From the NCBI GenBank assembly GCA_964486995.1, contig CAZAOV010000003.1:686-64685 (forward strand): a stretch of DNA of 64,000 nucleotides. Reading direction: 5' to 3'. Origin of the DNA: an uncultured Gammaproteobacteria bacterium (GTDB lineage Bacteria; Patescibacteriota; Patescibacteriia; SG8-24). Under the pieces are notes generated by a model. It did not search any database, was not told the origin of the DNA, and saw only the letters and a program-made list of their open reading frames with translations. Position 1 is the stretch's first letter; each line of letters opens with the position of its first letter. Positions 29,364 through 38,060 of the stretch are shown in pieces. The position numbers and the translations under genes were made by a program.

Positions 29364-30173
29364 TTACTCGCTCGAATTGCGGTTTTCGCGCTCCTTGCGA
29401 ATGAGCTCTTTAAGCTCATCAGCGTATCCGATTTCGCTGCCGTCCTTTTCGGTGTCGGCGGGGCTTCCTTCGTTGGTGTCTTCGGTTCGCCCGGACTGCT
29501 GCTTCGGCTTTTTCTCGCCAGGACGAGTTGATATTGGCGCAGGCGGAGGGGTAGGGGCGTCCGATTTCTCGGGCGGCTGTTCCGGCGCCTGCTGCGCCTT
29601 GCGCTTTTCGTCCTCTTGCAGCTTGCGCTTCAGGCGGTCGATTTCTCGGCCTTCTTCCGTGCCGTTGCCAGGAACCGGGCTCGCATCATCGTCGTTTAGT
29701 CCGGTCTCTTCCCTGAGCCAGTCGCCGGCCCTACGACCCCATCGATTGACCCATCCTGCAGCCCGCCTGCTAGCTCGCTTTGACGCTTCATAGCTCAGTC
29801 GAGCGGTTTCCGCTGCGGTTCCGGCCAGGTCAGCTTCGTCTGTTTGCTCAGCCGCGGTCTTGTTCGCCGCGGCTCGCTGAGGGTCCAATGCATCGTCCTC
29901 TACGGCTCCGGCTTTATTCTGCCTAGTTTCAGCCTTCTTCTCAGCCTCGCGAGCAGATGCCTTGGTCTTATACTCCATGAACATCTGCATGATTTTGACC
30001 GGATCCACCTTAGCGGCGATTCCACGCATTACACTATCCACGCGCTTCTTAAACTCCTCGTCCTTTTTGTACTTCTCATGAAAATACTTGAAGACGTTGT
30101 CCAAAATTTTGAGAAGCACAGGCATGATTACAATCTGAACTAGCTTCAGAAGGTAATCGATCACGAGCTTCAT
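29364..30173 (-). CDS. Hypothetical protein with charged, low-complexity C-terminus
   Basis: Strong SD (AAGGAGG); 269-aa ORF. Confidence 0.65.
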   Translation of the reverse strand: MKLVIDYLLKLVQIVIMPVLLKILDNVFKYFHEKYKKDEEFKKRVDSVMRGIAAKVDPVKIMQMFMEYKTKASAREAEKKAETRQNKAGAVEDDALDPQRAAANKTAAEQTDEADLAGTAAETARLSYEASKRASRRAAGWVNRWGRRAGDWLREETGLNDDDASPVPGNGTEEGREIDRLKRKLQEDEKRKAQQAPEQPPEKSDAPTPPPAPISTRPGEKKPKQQSGRTEDTNEGSPADTEKDGSEIGYADELKELIRKERENRNSSE

Positions 30174-30273
30174 GACCCCTCCTTATCCGCAGTTAAACGA
30201 ATCCGATTTATAAAGGGCTTGTTACGTTACCTATTTTGCCATACTAAGTCAAGATATGGGAAGGGTAGGCGAC

Positions 30274-31324
30274 ATTCTAGACTGGTTGCACCACCCTGTG
30301 GCAGTATGACCCCTTAGAACATGACACCGAACGACATGCAACACAGGGAACTTTCGCTTCCCGAGCGGCAGTTCCTGGAGGTCCGGCTGCTCGGCAAGTG
30401 GAGCCTGCGGCGGACCGCTACAGCCATGGGCCGGGATCACTCGGCCCTCTCGAGGGAGGTCAGGAACAACCGCTGCCCGGACGGCAGGTACCGCGCGGCC
30501 GAGGCACAGCGACGGTCCGAGGCCGGGAAGCGCCGCTCCGGCCGGGGGCGCAAGCTCGACCGGGACCGGGCGCTGGCGGACTGGGTGACGGACAGGCTCC
30601 GGGACGGATGGTCGCCGGAGAGGATCGCCGGGAGGCTGAAGGCCAGTCCGCCGGAGGGCCTCGAGGGCCGGACGTTGAGCCACGAGACGGTCTACCGCTG
30701 GCTGTACGACGGGGACGGGCGGTACGGCGGGCTGTACAAATACCTCTGGTCGAGACGGAAACGGCGGTACGCGAGGAGGGGCAGGAAGCCGAAAATGGCC
30801 ATGACTGAGGGAAAAGTGCCGCTCTCGGAGCGTCCCGCGGACGGCCTGCCGGGGCACCTAGAGACCGACTCGATGGTCTGGTACGGGTCGAGGGGGCTGC
30901 TCTCGGCCCAGGTCGACCGGGCCACGCTCGCCTGCCGGCTGCGGTGGTGCCCGGACCGGACGGCGGAGGAGACGGCGCACGCGCTGCGGCGCGCGGTCGA
31001 GACCCTGCCGCACCGGTTCGTGCGGGACGTGGCCTTCGACAACGGCTCCGAGTCCGCCCGTCACGGAATCCTCGGCGAGGAGTACGGCATACCGACCTAC
31101 TTCTGCGAGCCGTACTCGCCCTGGCAGAAGTCGCAGGTCGAGAACCTGAACCGCACGATTCGGCACTGGGTGCCGAGGAAAACGAAAGCCCACGACCTTG
31201 CGGCCGTGGACTGGAAGACGCTCGAGGACTGGCTGAACAACCTCCCTCGAAAGTCACTGGGATACCTTACGCCGAACGAGGCGATTAATCAATACCTGTC
31301 AGGTGGTGCAACTGAAACTTGAAC
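30274..31324 (+). mobile_element. IS30-family insertion sequence (ends approximate)
   Basis: Inverted core GTTGCACCACC (30285-30295) / GGTGGTGCAAC (31302-31312). Abruptly higher GC than the flanks. Confidence 0.85.
30321..31322 (+). CDS. IS30-family DDE transposase
   Basis: HTH (SALSREVRNN), WSPERIAGRL, SHETVYRWLY, GHLETD, DNGSE, PYSPWQK.QVEN.N, LNNLPRKSLGY.TP. Confidence 0.93.
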   Translation: MTPNDMQHRELSLPERQFLEVRLLGKWSLRRTATAMGRDHSALSREVRNNRCPDGRYRAAEAQRRSEAGKRRSGRGRKLDRDRALADWVTDRLRDGWSPERIAGRLKASPPEGLEGRTLSHETVYRWLYDGDGRYGGLYKYLWSRRKRRYARRGRKPKMAMTEGKVPLSERPADGLPGHLETDSMVWYGSRGLLSAQVDRATLACRLRWCPDRTAEETAHALRRAVETLPHRFVRDVAFDNGSESARHGILGEEYGIPTYFCEPYSPWQKSQVENLNRTIRHWVPRKTKAHDLAAVDWKTLEDWLNNLPRKSLGYLTPNEAINQYLSGGATET

Positions 31325-31440
31325 TTCCGTAGATAATATATTATTTCGCAGTAAGATTGTTGACATTTTTTGCTGGTCATGATACAATCGCGTGCTCTAG
31401 AGGCGGCATGGTGTCGCATCGGAAGCAGGGAGGATGTGAT

Positions 31441-32349
31441 ATGAAGCTTAGGTCTTTCGCTATGTCTATCGTGGTGGCAGTCATCGCGTTCAGCAGCTTT
31501 GGCTGCGGTTCGCAGGATATTCCACCGGCCATGCGCGGGCAGATGTACGACGCTACGGGCGCGGCTGCGCTCTGGATGTCCGGTGGTCAGGGTCTGACCG
31601 GTCCCGTTCTGGGTCCTGGGACCTATTACACCGGTCTTTATGACAGCATCCGCATGGTAGACTGTTCAGAGTCCGTAGAGCACGAGGGTCTCTCCAGTCT
31701 CACCCGCGACGGTATCCAGTTTGGCCTGGAGGCAGAGATTACCTATTCCATCGACTGTTCGGATGATGTGGTTGGCAAGGTGCTGACTACGCTGCGGCCG
31801 AACGAGCAGGGGGTGATTTCCAGCAAGTCAGCCTACTTGCGTTACGTGCGGCCGTCCATTCGTGAGGTGGTTCGTGAGGCTATTGCGCCGCATATGGCCA
31901 ACGAGGTCAACTCCGAGCGTGACGCCATCATCAACGAGATTCAGAGCAGCTTCATCAAGTCCATGCAGGACGGCAACCGGCGCTTCGTTAAGGTGTCGAC
32001 GCTGGCGCTGACCAACATGGATTTCCCGGAGAAGCTCGACCAGGCGAACGTGGACCGAGCTCAGCAGGACATTTTGCGCGAAAAAGCCATTGCCGAGCGC
32101 GAGCGGGTTGAGGCCGAGACCGAGACCGCGCGCATGCGCAAGCAGCTGCGCACTCGTGAAGGTGAAGCCGAGGCCGCTCGTATCGATATCATCGGGAAGG
32201 CGCTTCAGCGTTACCCTGAATATCTGCGTTACGACATGCAGCAGCGGATGAGTGGTATTTATCGTGAGGCCGGCCAACAGGGCAACATGGTCATTACGGC
32301 ACCTGATCCCAATATTATGATTCAGCCGCCAACCAAGTCGGGGCAGTAG
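31441..32349 (+). CDS. SPFH/band-7 domain lipoprotein
   Basis: Signal peptide with SFGC lipobox-like site; SPFH core and coiled coil. Confidence 0.75.
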   Translation: MKLRSFAMSIVVAVIAFSSFGCGSQDIPPAMRGQMYDATGAAALWMSGGQGLTGPVLGPGTYYTGLYDSIRMVDCSESVEHEGLSSLTRDGIQFGLEAEITYSIDCSDDVVGKVLTTLRPNEQGVISSKSAYLRYVRPSIREVVREAIAPHMANEVNSERDAIINEIQSSFIKSMQDGNRRFVKVSTLALTNMDFPEKLDQANVDRAQQDILREKAIAERERVEAETETARMRKQLRTREGEAEAARIDIIGKALQRYPEYLRYDMQQRMSGIYREAGQQGNMVITAPDPNIMIQPPTKSGQ

Positions 32350-32350
32350 C

Positions 32351-32605
32351 ATGTTGGTGGTGCTGTATATCGTGGTGGCCGGGGGTGTCATCTATGGTCT
32401 TACCCGGATTGGGCTCAGGCTGCTCGACAACCACAAGGAGCTGAAGATGCTTCGCGAGGAGCGCGCCGCACGTCTCGAAACGGCCAAAACCGCTGAGCAC
32501 GTGGTGCATGAGCTGTTGCTCGATAAGGAGATGGCCTGCGAGGTGCAGGAACGTCTCGAGGAGGGGCTTCGGCGAGAGCATCTTTCGTCGAAAGCGGACG
32601 ACTAA
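32351..32605 (+). CDS. Small membrane protein, probably coupled to the SPFH gene
   Basis: N-terminal TM plus coiled coil; 1-nt gap after the SPFH stop. Confidence 0.6.
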   Translation: MLVVLYIVVAGGVIYGLTRIGLRLLDNHKELKMLREERAARLETAKTAEHVVHELLLDKEMACEVQERLEEGLRREHLSSKADD

Positions 32606-32688
32606 TCTTATGGCGGTCGCATTATGCGGCCGTTTTTTGTTACCAATAATTTCTGTATTATTAATTCATTATTTCTAAATAACTTTCC

Positions 32689-33288
32689 ATGCGCATAACA
32701 TCTCGCATCCAACAGGCGATTGATAAGGCGGCTCAGCTGCACGATGGCCAGCGACGCAAGGCCGATGATTTGCCGTATATTGTTCATCCGATGACCGTAG
32801 CGGCGACGCTGTTGCCGTTTACCGACGACGAGGACGTGATAATTGCGGCGTTATTTCATGATGTGTTGGAGGATGTGGTTGGATATTCGGCGGATGATAT
32901 GCGGCGCGAATGGGGTGAGCGGATTACTGGCATTGTGCAGGCAGTAACCGAGACTGGGAGTCGGCCAGGGATGTCCGATGAAGAGGAGCGGGCGAGCTGG
33001 CGCGCTCGTAAGGACGCGTATTTGGTGGCGATTCAACGGGACAGCACGGATGCGCTGATGATTTGCGCGGCCGATAAGTTGCATAATCTGCGCGCTACGA
33101 TGATTGCCATCGCGCGCGACGGGCATGATGTGGTTGAGTCGAGGTTTAACTCCACGTTTAAACAGCAGTTGTGGTTTTACGGCGAGGTGCTGAAGATTTT
33201 GCAGGAGCGGCTGCCCGGACCGCTTAGCGAGGATGTGGCCGCAGAATACGAACGATCTAAGGTGATGATGAGCCGCTCGGAGCTTTGA
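32689..33288 (+). CDS. HD-domain (p)ppGpp hydrolase-like protein (Mesh1/SAH type)
   Basis: HDGQRRK..PYIVHP, ALFHDVLED, ADKLHN. Confidence 0.85.
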   Translation: MRITSRIQQAIDKAAQLHDGQRRKADDLPYIVHPMTVAATLLPFTDDEDVIIAALFHDVLEDVVGYSADDMRREWGERITGIVQAVTETGSRPGMSDEEERASWRARKDAYLVAIQRDSTDALMICAADKLHNLRATMIAIARDGHDVVESRFNSTFKQQLWFYGEVLKILQERLPGPLSEDVAAEYERSKVMMSRSEL

Positions 33289-33357
33289 CTCGCGATATAA
33301 TATATGGTAGATTAACGCGCTGACTTTGGTCGGCGTGTTTTCAAAAATGGAGACGAC

Positions 33358-33741
33358 ATGAGTGATGTCTGTGAGGTCGACGCACAGCACTGCTGTGAAG
33401 ATGAGTACTATGAGGAATTTTTCGATGAGGAAGATGTTGCGTTTCCGTTCGAGCCGTGGCCACTGATGCCGTATCCGCCGATGTTGTACACGCGTTGGCG
33501 ATTGCCCAAGCATCTCGAGGAGGGGCATAGGACGGGGGATCCAACCATGAAGCAGGCCACCTGGCTGTTTCGGACTAAGCGCCCGCGACTTCATGTGAGC
33601 TCTTTGCCGGCGGTGTGTCGCGTTGCGCGGAACATGGCTAGGCGGTTAGCGGCCAGACAGAACGTGCTGTTCGCGCGTCGCCCGTTTCGGGATAGGCATA
33701 TCGTCGTTCCGAGTCGTCGGTGTGTTAAAATAAATCTATGA
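33358..33741 (+). CDS. Hypothetical protein (acidic N-terminus, basic C-terminus)
   Basis: GGAG SD and a downstream terminator. Confidence 0.45.
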   Translation: MSDVCEVDAQHCCEDEYYEEFFDEEDVAFPFEPWPLMPYPPMLYTRWRLPKHLEEGHRTGDPTMKQATWLFRTKRPRLHVSSLPAVCRVARNMARRLAARQNVLFARRPFRDRHIVVPSRRCVKINL

Positions 33742-33843
33742 ATCGAAGCCGTCTGTAAGGGGCGGTTTTTTGTTTTCGTATGGTTGTCCAGCTTTGGTTG
33801 GGTGCTATAGTATTTACGTTTCTATCAATGTACCCACAAACTT

Positions 33844-34041
33844 ATGCGCGACGGAACAAACCGAGCGGACATCTACCCCGGTCTGGCGGTAGCGATTACG
33901 CTTAAAAAAGACCAAGGCACCAACAAGCTAACGCAGGGTTTTGTTAAGGATATCCTCACCAACAAACCGTTTCACCCGCGTGGCATAAAAGTGCGGCTCG
34001 ACACCGGCGAGGTTGGTCGGGTGCAGGTGATTGTTGATTAG
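33844..34041 (+). CDS. YwbE/DUF2196 family protein
   Basis: KKDQ.T.KLT.G.VKDILT..FHPRGIKVRL..G.VGRV. Confidence 0.88.
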   Translation: MRDGTNRADIYPGLAVAITLKKDQGTNKLTQGFVKDILTNKPFHPRGIKVRLDTGEVGRVQVIVD

Positions 34042-34076
34042 TTGCGTACGAAAAATCGTCAGATAGTCTAATAAAG

Positions 34077-34119
34077 CACATATCCACATATCGAACCTGT
34101 TTTCGCTTGTGGATATGTG
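34077..34119. promoter_or_regulatory. Inverted repeat with DnaA-box-like arms upstream of purC-purE
   Basis: CACATATCCACA...TGTGGATATGTG. Confidence 0.4.
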
Positions 34120-34163
34120 TTTATATTTTGTCATAGCTCATTAAAAAAATAGAGGAGGTTAAA

Positions 34164-35426
34164 ATGACGACTGGCGCTCCGATTGCTGGGGGCAAGACCA
34201 AGATTATTTACGCCGATCCGCTTAATCCGCACCTAGTGACGATTCAATCCAAGGATGATCTTACCGCTGGTGACGGTGCCAAGCACGATGTGATGGCCGG
34301 CAAGGCCGTGATGGCCAATCAGACCACGTGCAATAACTTTCGGTTCTTGAGCAAATGCGGCGTAGAGTCCGCGTTTCTGCAGCAGCTCGGCGACACCGCG
34401 TTTCAGGCCGTTAAATGCGACATGATTCCGCTCGAGGTGGTAACGCGGCGCGAGGCTCACGGGTCGTTTTTGAAGCGCGAACCGCAGTTGCACAAGGGTC
34501 ATCTGTTTCCACGATTGCGCGTTGAGTTTTATCTGAAGACCGCAGGTGGGATGTGGCGAGCACAGCCGCTTCAGAAAGATGATCCGTATATGCTGCTGAG
34601 CGAAGATGGCTTGGCTCATTTGTATCGACCGGATCAGCCGTTCGTTGGTGCGCAGTCGTTTTTGACCATCAGCGACGCGCCGCTCGACGCCGACCCGGCG
34701 AAGTACGCCGAGCTTGATGGTGTTGCACGCCATGTTTTTCTCGCACTCGAGAAAGCCTGGCAGTTGCAGGGGCGGCGGCTGGTGGACATGAAAATCGAAT
34801 TCGGTATCGGGCCGTCCGGAAAAATTATGCTCGCCGACGTTATCGACAATGACTCGTGGCGGGTGCTCGAGGAGGGTCAGTACATCGACAAGCAGGTGTA
34901 TCGCGACGGCGGTGCGCTAGAGGCGGTGTCCTCGCGCCACAAAAAGGTGATGCAGCTTACCGGACAGTTTCAGTGCCCGCCGCAGCAGATAATTATCTGG
35001 CGCGGTTCCGAATCCGACAACGTGGATTTGTATCCAGAGACTTTTTACTCCATCGTCAACGACTGGTCGTGCCGATTGGAGTTTGTTGCCTGCTCGATGC
35101 ACAAGAATCCAGAACGCGGACTGGAACAACTGCGCAACATGCTGCAGGAACGACCAGACTCAGTGGTGATCGCGCACATTGGACGAAGTAACGGCGCCGG
35201 TCCGACCATCGCCGCGCATACCAATGTGCCGGTAATCACCGTACCTGCATCGTATCGCGAGTTTCCGAACGACGTTTGGTCGTCCCTGCGCACGCCGAGC
35301 GATGTGCCGGTCATGACCGTGCTCGAACCGAAAAACGCCACGTTCGCCGCGATTCGTATTCTCGGTCAGCGTAACCCTGCTCTGTATGCGCCCATACGCC
35401 TGCGGACCGAAGATCATTGGGCCTAG
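34164..35426 (+). CDS. Bifunctional SAICAR synthetase / AIR carboxylase (PurC-PurE, PAICS-like)
   Basis: GKTKIIY, KDDLTAGDG, IPLEVV.R..GSFLKR, DMKIEFG, ADVIDNDSWR; C-terminal GSESD, SMHK, GRSNGAGP, VWSSLR.P. Confidence 0.88.
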   Translation: MTTGAPIAGGKTKIIYADPLNPHLVTIQSKDDLTAGDGAKHDVMAGKAVMANQTTCNNFRFLSKCGVESAFLQQLGDTAFQAVKCDMIPLEVVTRREAHGSFLKREPQLHKGHLFPRLRVEFYLKTAGGMWRAQPLQKDDPYMLLSEDGLAHLYRPDQPFVGAQSFLTISDAPLDADPAKYAELDGVARHVFLALEKAWQLQGRRLVDMKIEFGIGPSGKIMLADVIDNDSWRVLEEGQYIDKQVYRDGGALEAVSSRHKKVMQLTGQFQCPPQQIIIWRGSESDNVDLYPETFYSIVNDWSCRLEFVACSMHKNPERGLEQLRNMLQERPDSVVIAHIGRSNGAGPTIAAHTNVPVITVPASYREFPNDVWSSLRTPSDVPVMTVLEPKNATFAAIRILGQRNPALYAPIRLRTEDHWA

Positions 35427-35523
35427 CAATAATTTTATGACCGTACGATATGTGCGGTTTTTTGTTTGCTAAACCGGACCGCTCGTAATAGAATTGGCTC
35501 ATCAAATATTAATTATCAAACAT

Positions 35524-37227
35524 ATGCCTGGTAGCAAAAATGCCGCACTGACCATGATTCTAATTGCGGCGATAATCGCACTGATTGGATATTTTTTGTT
35601 TAGGGATGATTTCTCGCCGCCGGAGCCCGCTCCATCAGAAGCCGAAGCCGAGGAACAAGTCACCACCTTGGGCGGGCAAATTATTTACGTCGAAGGTGCA
35701 GTCGAATGGCGTCGGGCTGGTGGCGAATGGTTGCGTGCCGGCACCGGCATCAATCTGAGTGAGGGCGATTCGGTGGAAACGCTCATCGGCGGGAGGGTGA
35801 TTGTAAGTTTGGACGACGGTAGTATGTTGCGGTTGGATTCTGAATCCAGGCTCACGTTATCATCAATGGATCCGGAACATATGATTGTTTCCAACAACAG
35901 CGGTTCGGTTTACTCACGCGTCGTGCAGTCCGAACGCGTGTTCGAGGTGCAGGCTGACGACATCATTTACGAATCACTGGGTACGGCCTACCTGACGCAC
36001 AATAAAGAAAAACTCAAAGGTGTAGAGGTGTACCACAGCAAGGTGAAAGTCAAAGACGCCGAAAACAACGAAATTATCGTAGACGAAGGCAAGATGTATT
36101 TCACATTGCATACGGATGAACCGGATTCGGCCGGTAAGGTGTTTGACATCGATAAGGAGCAGGCGCAGAAAGACGATTTCATTAAATGGAACAAGGATGA
36201 GGATTACATCAAGTTTAAAGATCATCTCGGCTATCTGGCTGATAGCGACGAGTCGCTAGTGGAAAGCATCGCGCTCGAAAATAGTGGTGGCAGTCAGGTG
36301 AGTTGGCGGGCATCGAGCGAATCCGTGTCCGGCTACAAGCTGGTCTGGTCCAAGACTTCCGGCCCGACCTATCCGATCCGCGATACCGATCAATACATAT
36401 ATTATGATGACCCGACCGTGAGCAGTGGCGAGGTTTATCCGTTCGACGGGGCCGGCACTTATTACGTACGTGTCTGCGAATATCTTAACGGTCCGTGCGG
36501 GGAGTATTCGAATGAGGTGACGGTAGAATTGGAGACCGAAGAGACAGATTTTAGTTCGGCTAAAGCTGTACCAGAAGACGAGAAATATGAAGTGTCGAAC
36601 GAGAAAAAAAACGAGCCGAAATCCGGCGGTGTAACCTCCATCAGCGCAACCGCAAATGATTCTGGTGCGGTAAGCTGGATTGTTGACGGTTATTCGGCGC
36701 AGGGCTACAAAGTGGTCTGGTCTAAAAATCCAGGTCCAGCCTACCCGACCCGCAGCGGCGACCGCTATGAGTATTATTCAGATTCCTCGCGTCGTTCCGG
36801 TTCGGTGTGGGCTTTTTCCGGTGACGGTACCTACTACGTTCGCGTTTGCGAATATCTCGGCGGCCGATGCGGCGTGTATTCGAATCAGGTGACGGTTGAT
36901 TTAGCTGGAAAAACCAAAGACGTTTCAGACAGTGGTGACGTTGACGGACAAGTGCTCGGGCTAACAATAACCTCAGGAAGCGGCGGTAATGTCAGATGGG
37001 CAGTGAACGGCTATTCAGAAATGGGATTTAAGGTAGTTTGGTCCAAGAACCCCAGCCCCACCTACCCGACCCGCAGCGGCGACCGGTATCTGTATTACGA
37101 CGATCCGTTTCGTGTCGCGGCGCTCGTCGAGGCTTTCGACGGTCCAGGCACTTACTATGTGCGAGTTTGTGAATACCTTGGTGGAAAATGCGGCGTGTAC
37201 TCGAATGAGATTTCAATAGAGATGTAA
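35524..37227 (+). CDS. FecR-domain membrane protein with three ~90-aa disulfide-type repeats
   Basis: TM, FecR-like region (GDSVET..DDGSMLRLD..SLGT), then 3x GYKxVWSK..PxYP.R..D.Y.YY..GTYYVRVCEYL.G.CG.YSN. Confidence 0.75.
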   Translation: MPGSKNAALTMILIAAIIALIGYFLFRDDFSPPEPAPSEAEAEEQVTTLGGQIIYVEGAVEWRRAGGEWLRAGTGINLSEGDSVETLIGGRVIVSLDDGSMLRLDSESRLTLSSMDPEHMIVSNNSGSVYSRVVQSERVFEVQADDIIYESLGTAYLTHNKEKLKGVEVYHSKVKVKDAENNEIIVDEGKMYFTLHTDEPDSAGKVFDIDKEQAQKDDFIKWNKDEDYIKFKDHLGYLADSDESLVESIALENSGGSQVSWRASSESVSGYKLVWSKTSGPTYPIRDTDQYIYYDDPTVSSGEVYPFDGAGTYYVRVCEYLNGPCGEYSNEVTVELETEETDFSSAKAVPEDEKYEVSNEKKNEPKSGGVTSISATANDSGAVSWIVDGYSAQGYKVVWSKNPGPAYPTRSGDRYEYYSDSSRRSGSVWAFSGDGTYYVRVCEYLGGRCGVYSNQVTVDLAGKTKDVSDSGDVDGQVLGLTITSGSGGNVRWAVNGYSEMGFKVVWSKNPSPTYPTRSGDRYLYYDDPFRVAALVEAFDGPGTYYVRVCEYLGGKCGVYSNEISIEM

Positions 37228-37244
37228 GAGCATAGAAAAAGTTC

Positions 37245-37560
37245 GAGCGTTCAATGCAGAGTTCTAGAATTAGAATCCGAAAGGCCTAGTAAAGTCGCAA
37301 GCTCCCCAAATCCTCAATCAGCCGCAAAAAGCCAAAAGTGCGGGCCGTAGCTAACACCTGCACCCAAGACCTTCTCGTATGGACAGCCTATACTTGGAGA
37401 TTTGGGTGCAGGATTTAATTATGAGCTCCAGGTGAGGGGATTGAGGTGAGGGCGTCTCGGATTCGAGCGCGTGCAAAGTACAGGCATTCCGTACTCGGAG
37501 GGTTGTGGCACGGGCCTTAGCTGCCATGTTTCGGGTTCTGGTTTATGGTTTGGGGGCGCG
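37245..37560 (+). ncRNA. Candidate large structured ncRNA of unknown family
   Basis: About ten nested helices, with G-U pairs consistently on the + strand (see findings). Confidence 0.55.
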
Positions 37561-37651
37561 TAAGATACAGTTCTGTCGCACGAATGCATTTAAAGCCGAG
37601 CTTGACCAAACCCATACAAACCGTCTTTAATGATACGAGCTTGAGCTGCCT

Positions 37652-37972
37652 ATGTTTTGGAACCGAAGTAAAAAGGCCGATGCGCCTGCCGAGGAGGAAG
37701 AAGCAAGATCCACCCATTGGTACACCTATATGGTCCGGTGCGCGGACGGTTCGCTGTACACTGATGTCACGGACGATATTAGTGCGACTATGCTGACCAT
37801 CAATGCCGGTCACGGACCGGTTTATACTCGTACCCGTTATCCAGTTTTTTTGGTGCATCACGAAGAGTTCATGAACGAAGCTGACGCTGAGCGCCGCGCC
37901 GACCTCATCAGAAAAATGAACAAACGCCGTAAAGAAGTATTTATATCCGACATTATGGTCGGTTCGTTGTAG
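37652..37972 (+). CDS. GIY-YIG (UPF0213/YhbQ-like) protein, catalytically degenerate
   Basis: WYTYMVRCADGSLYT..., NAG.G..YTRTR.PV.LV, ending KKMNKRRKE-like; expected catalytic G/R/H/E positions are substituted. Confidence 0.75.
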   Translation: MFWNRSKKADAPAEEEEARSTHWYTYMVRCADGSLYTDVTDDISATMLTINAGHGPVYTRTRYPVFLVHHEEFMNEADAERRADLIRKMNKRRKEVFISDIMVGSL

Positions 37973-38060
37973 AGATTTGTGTTAGCGGGGGTATCCCTGC
38001 TATTTTTTATTTTCCGCATCTACCTTATACTTATAGCTAGTGTTGTTAAGGCTGCGTTAA

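Noticed and set aside
37561-37575. AAGATACAGTTC resembles the group I intron S element next to a GIY-YIG gene
   Set aside because: No matching R element or P7 G-C pair, no P/Q elements and no interrupted host gene were found.
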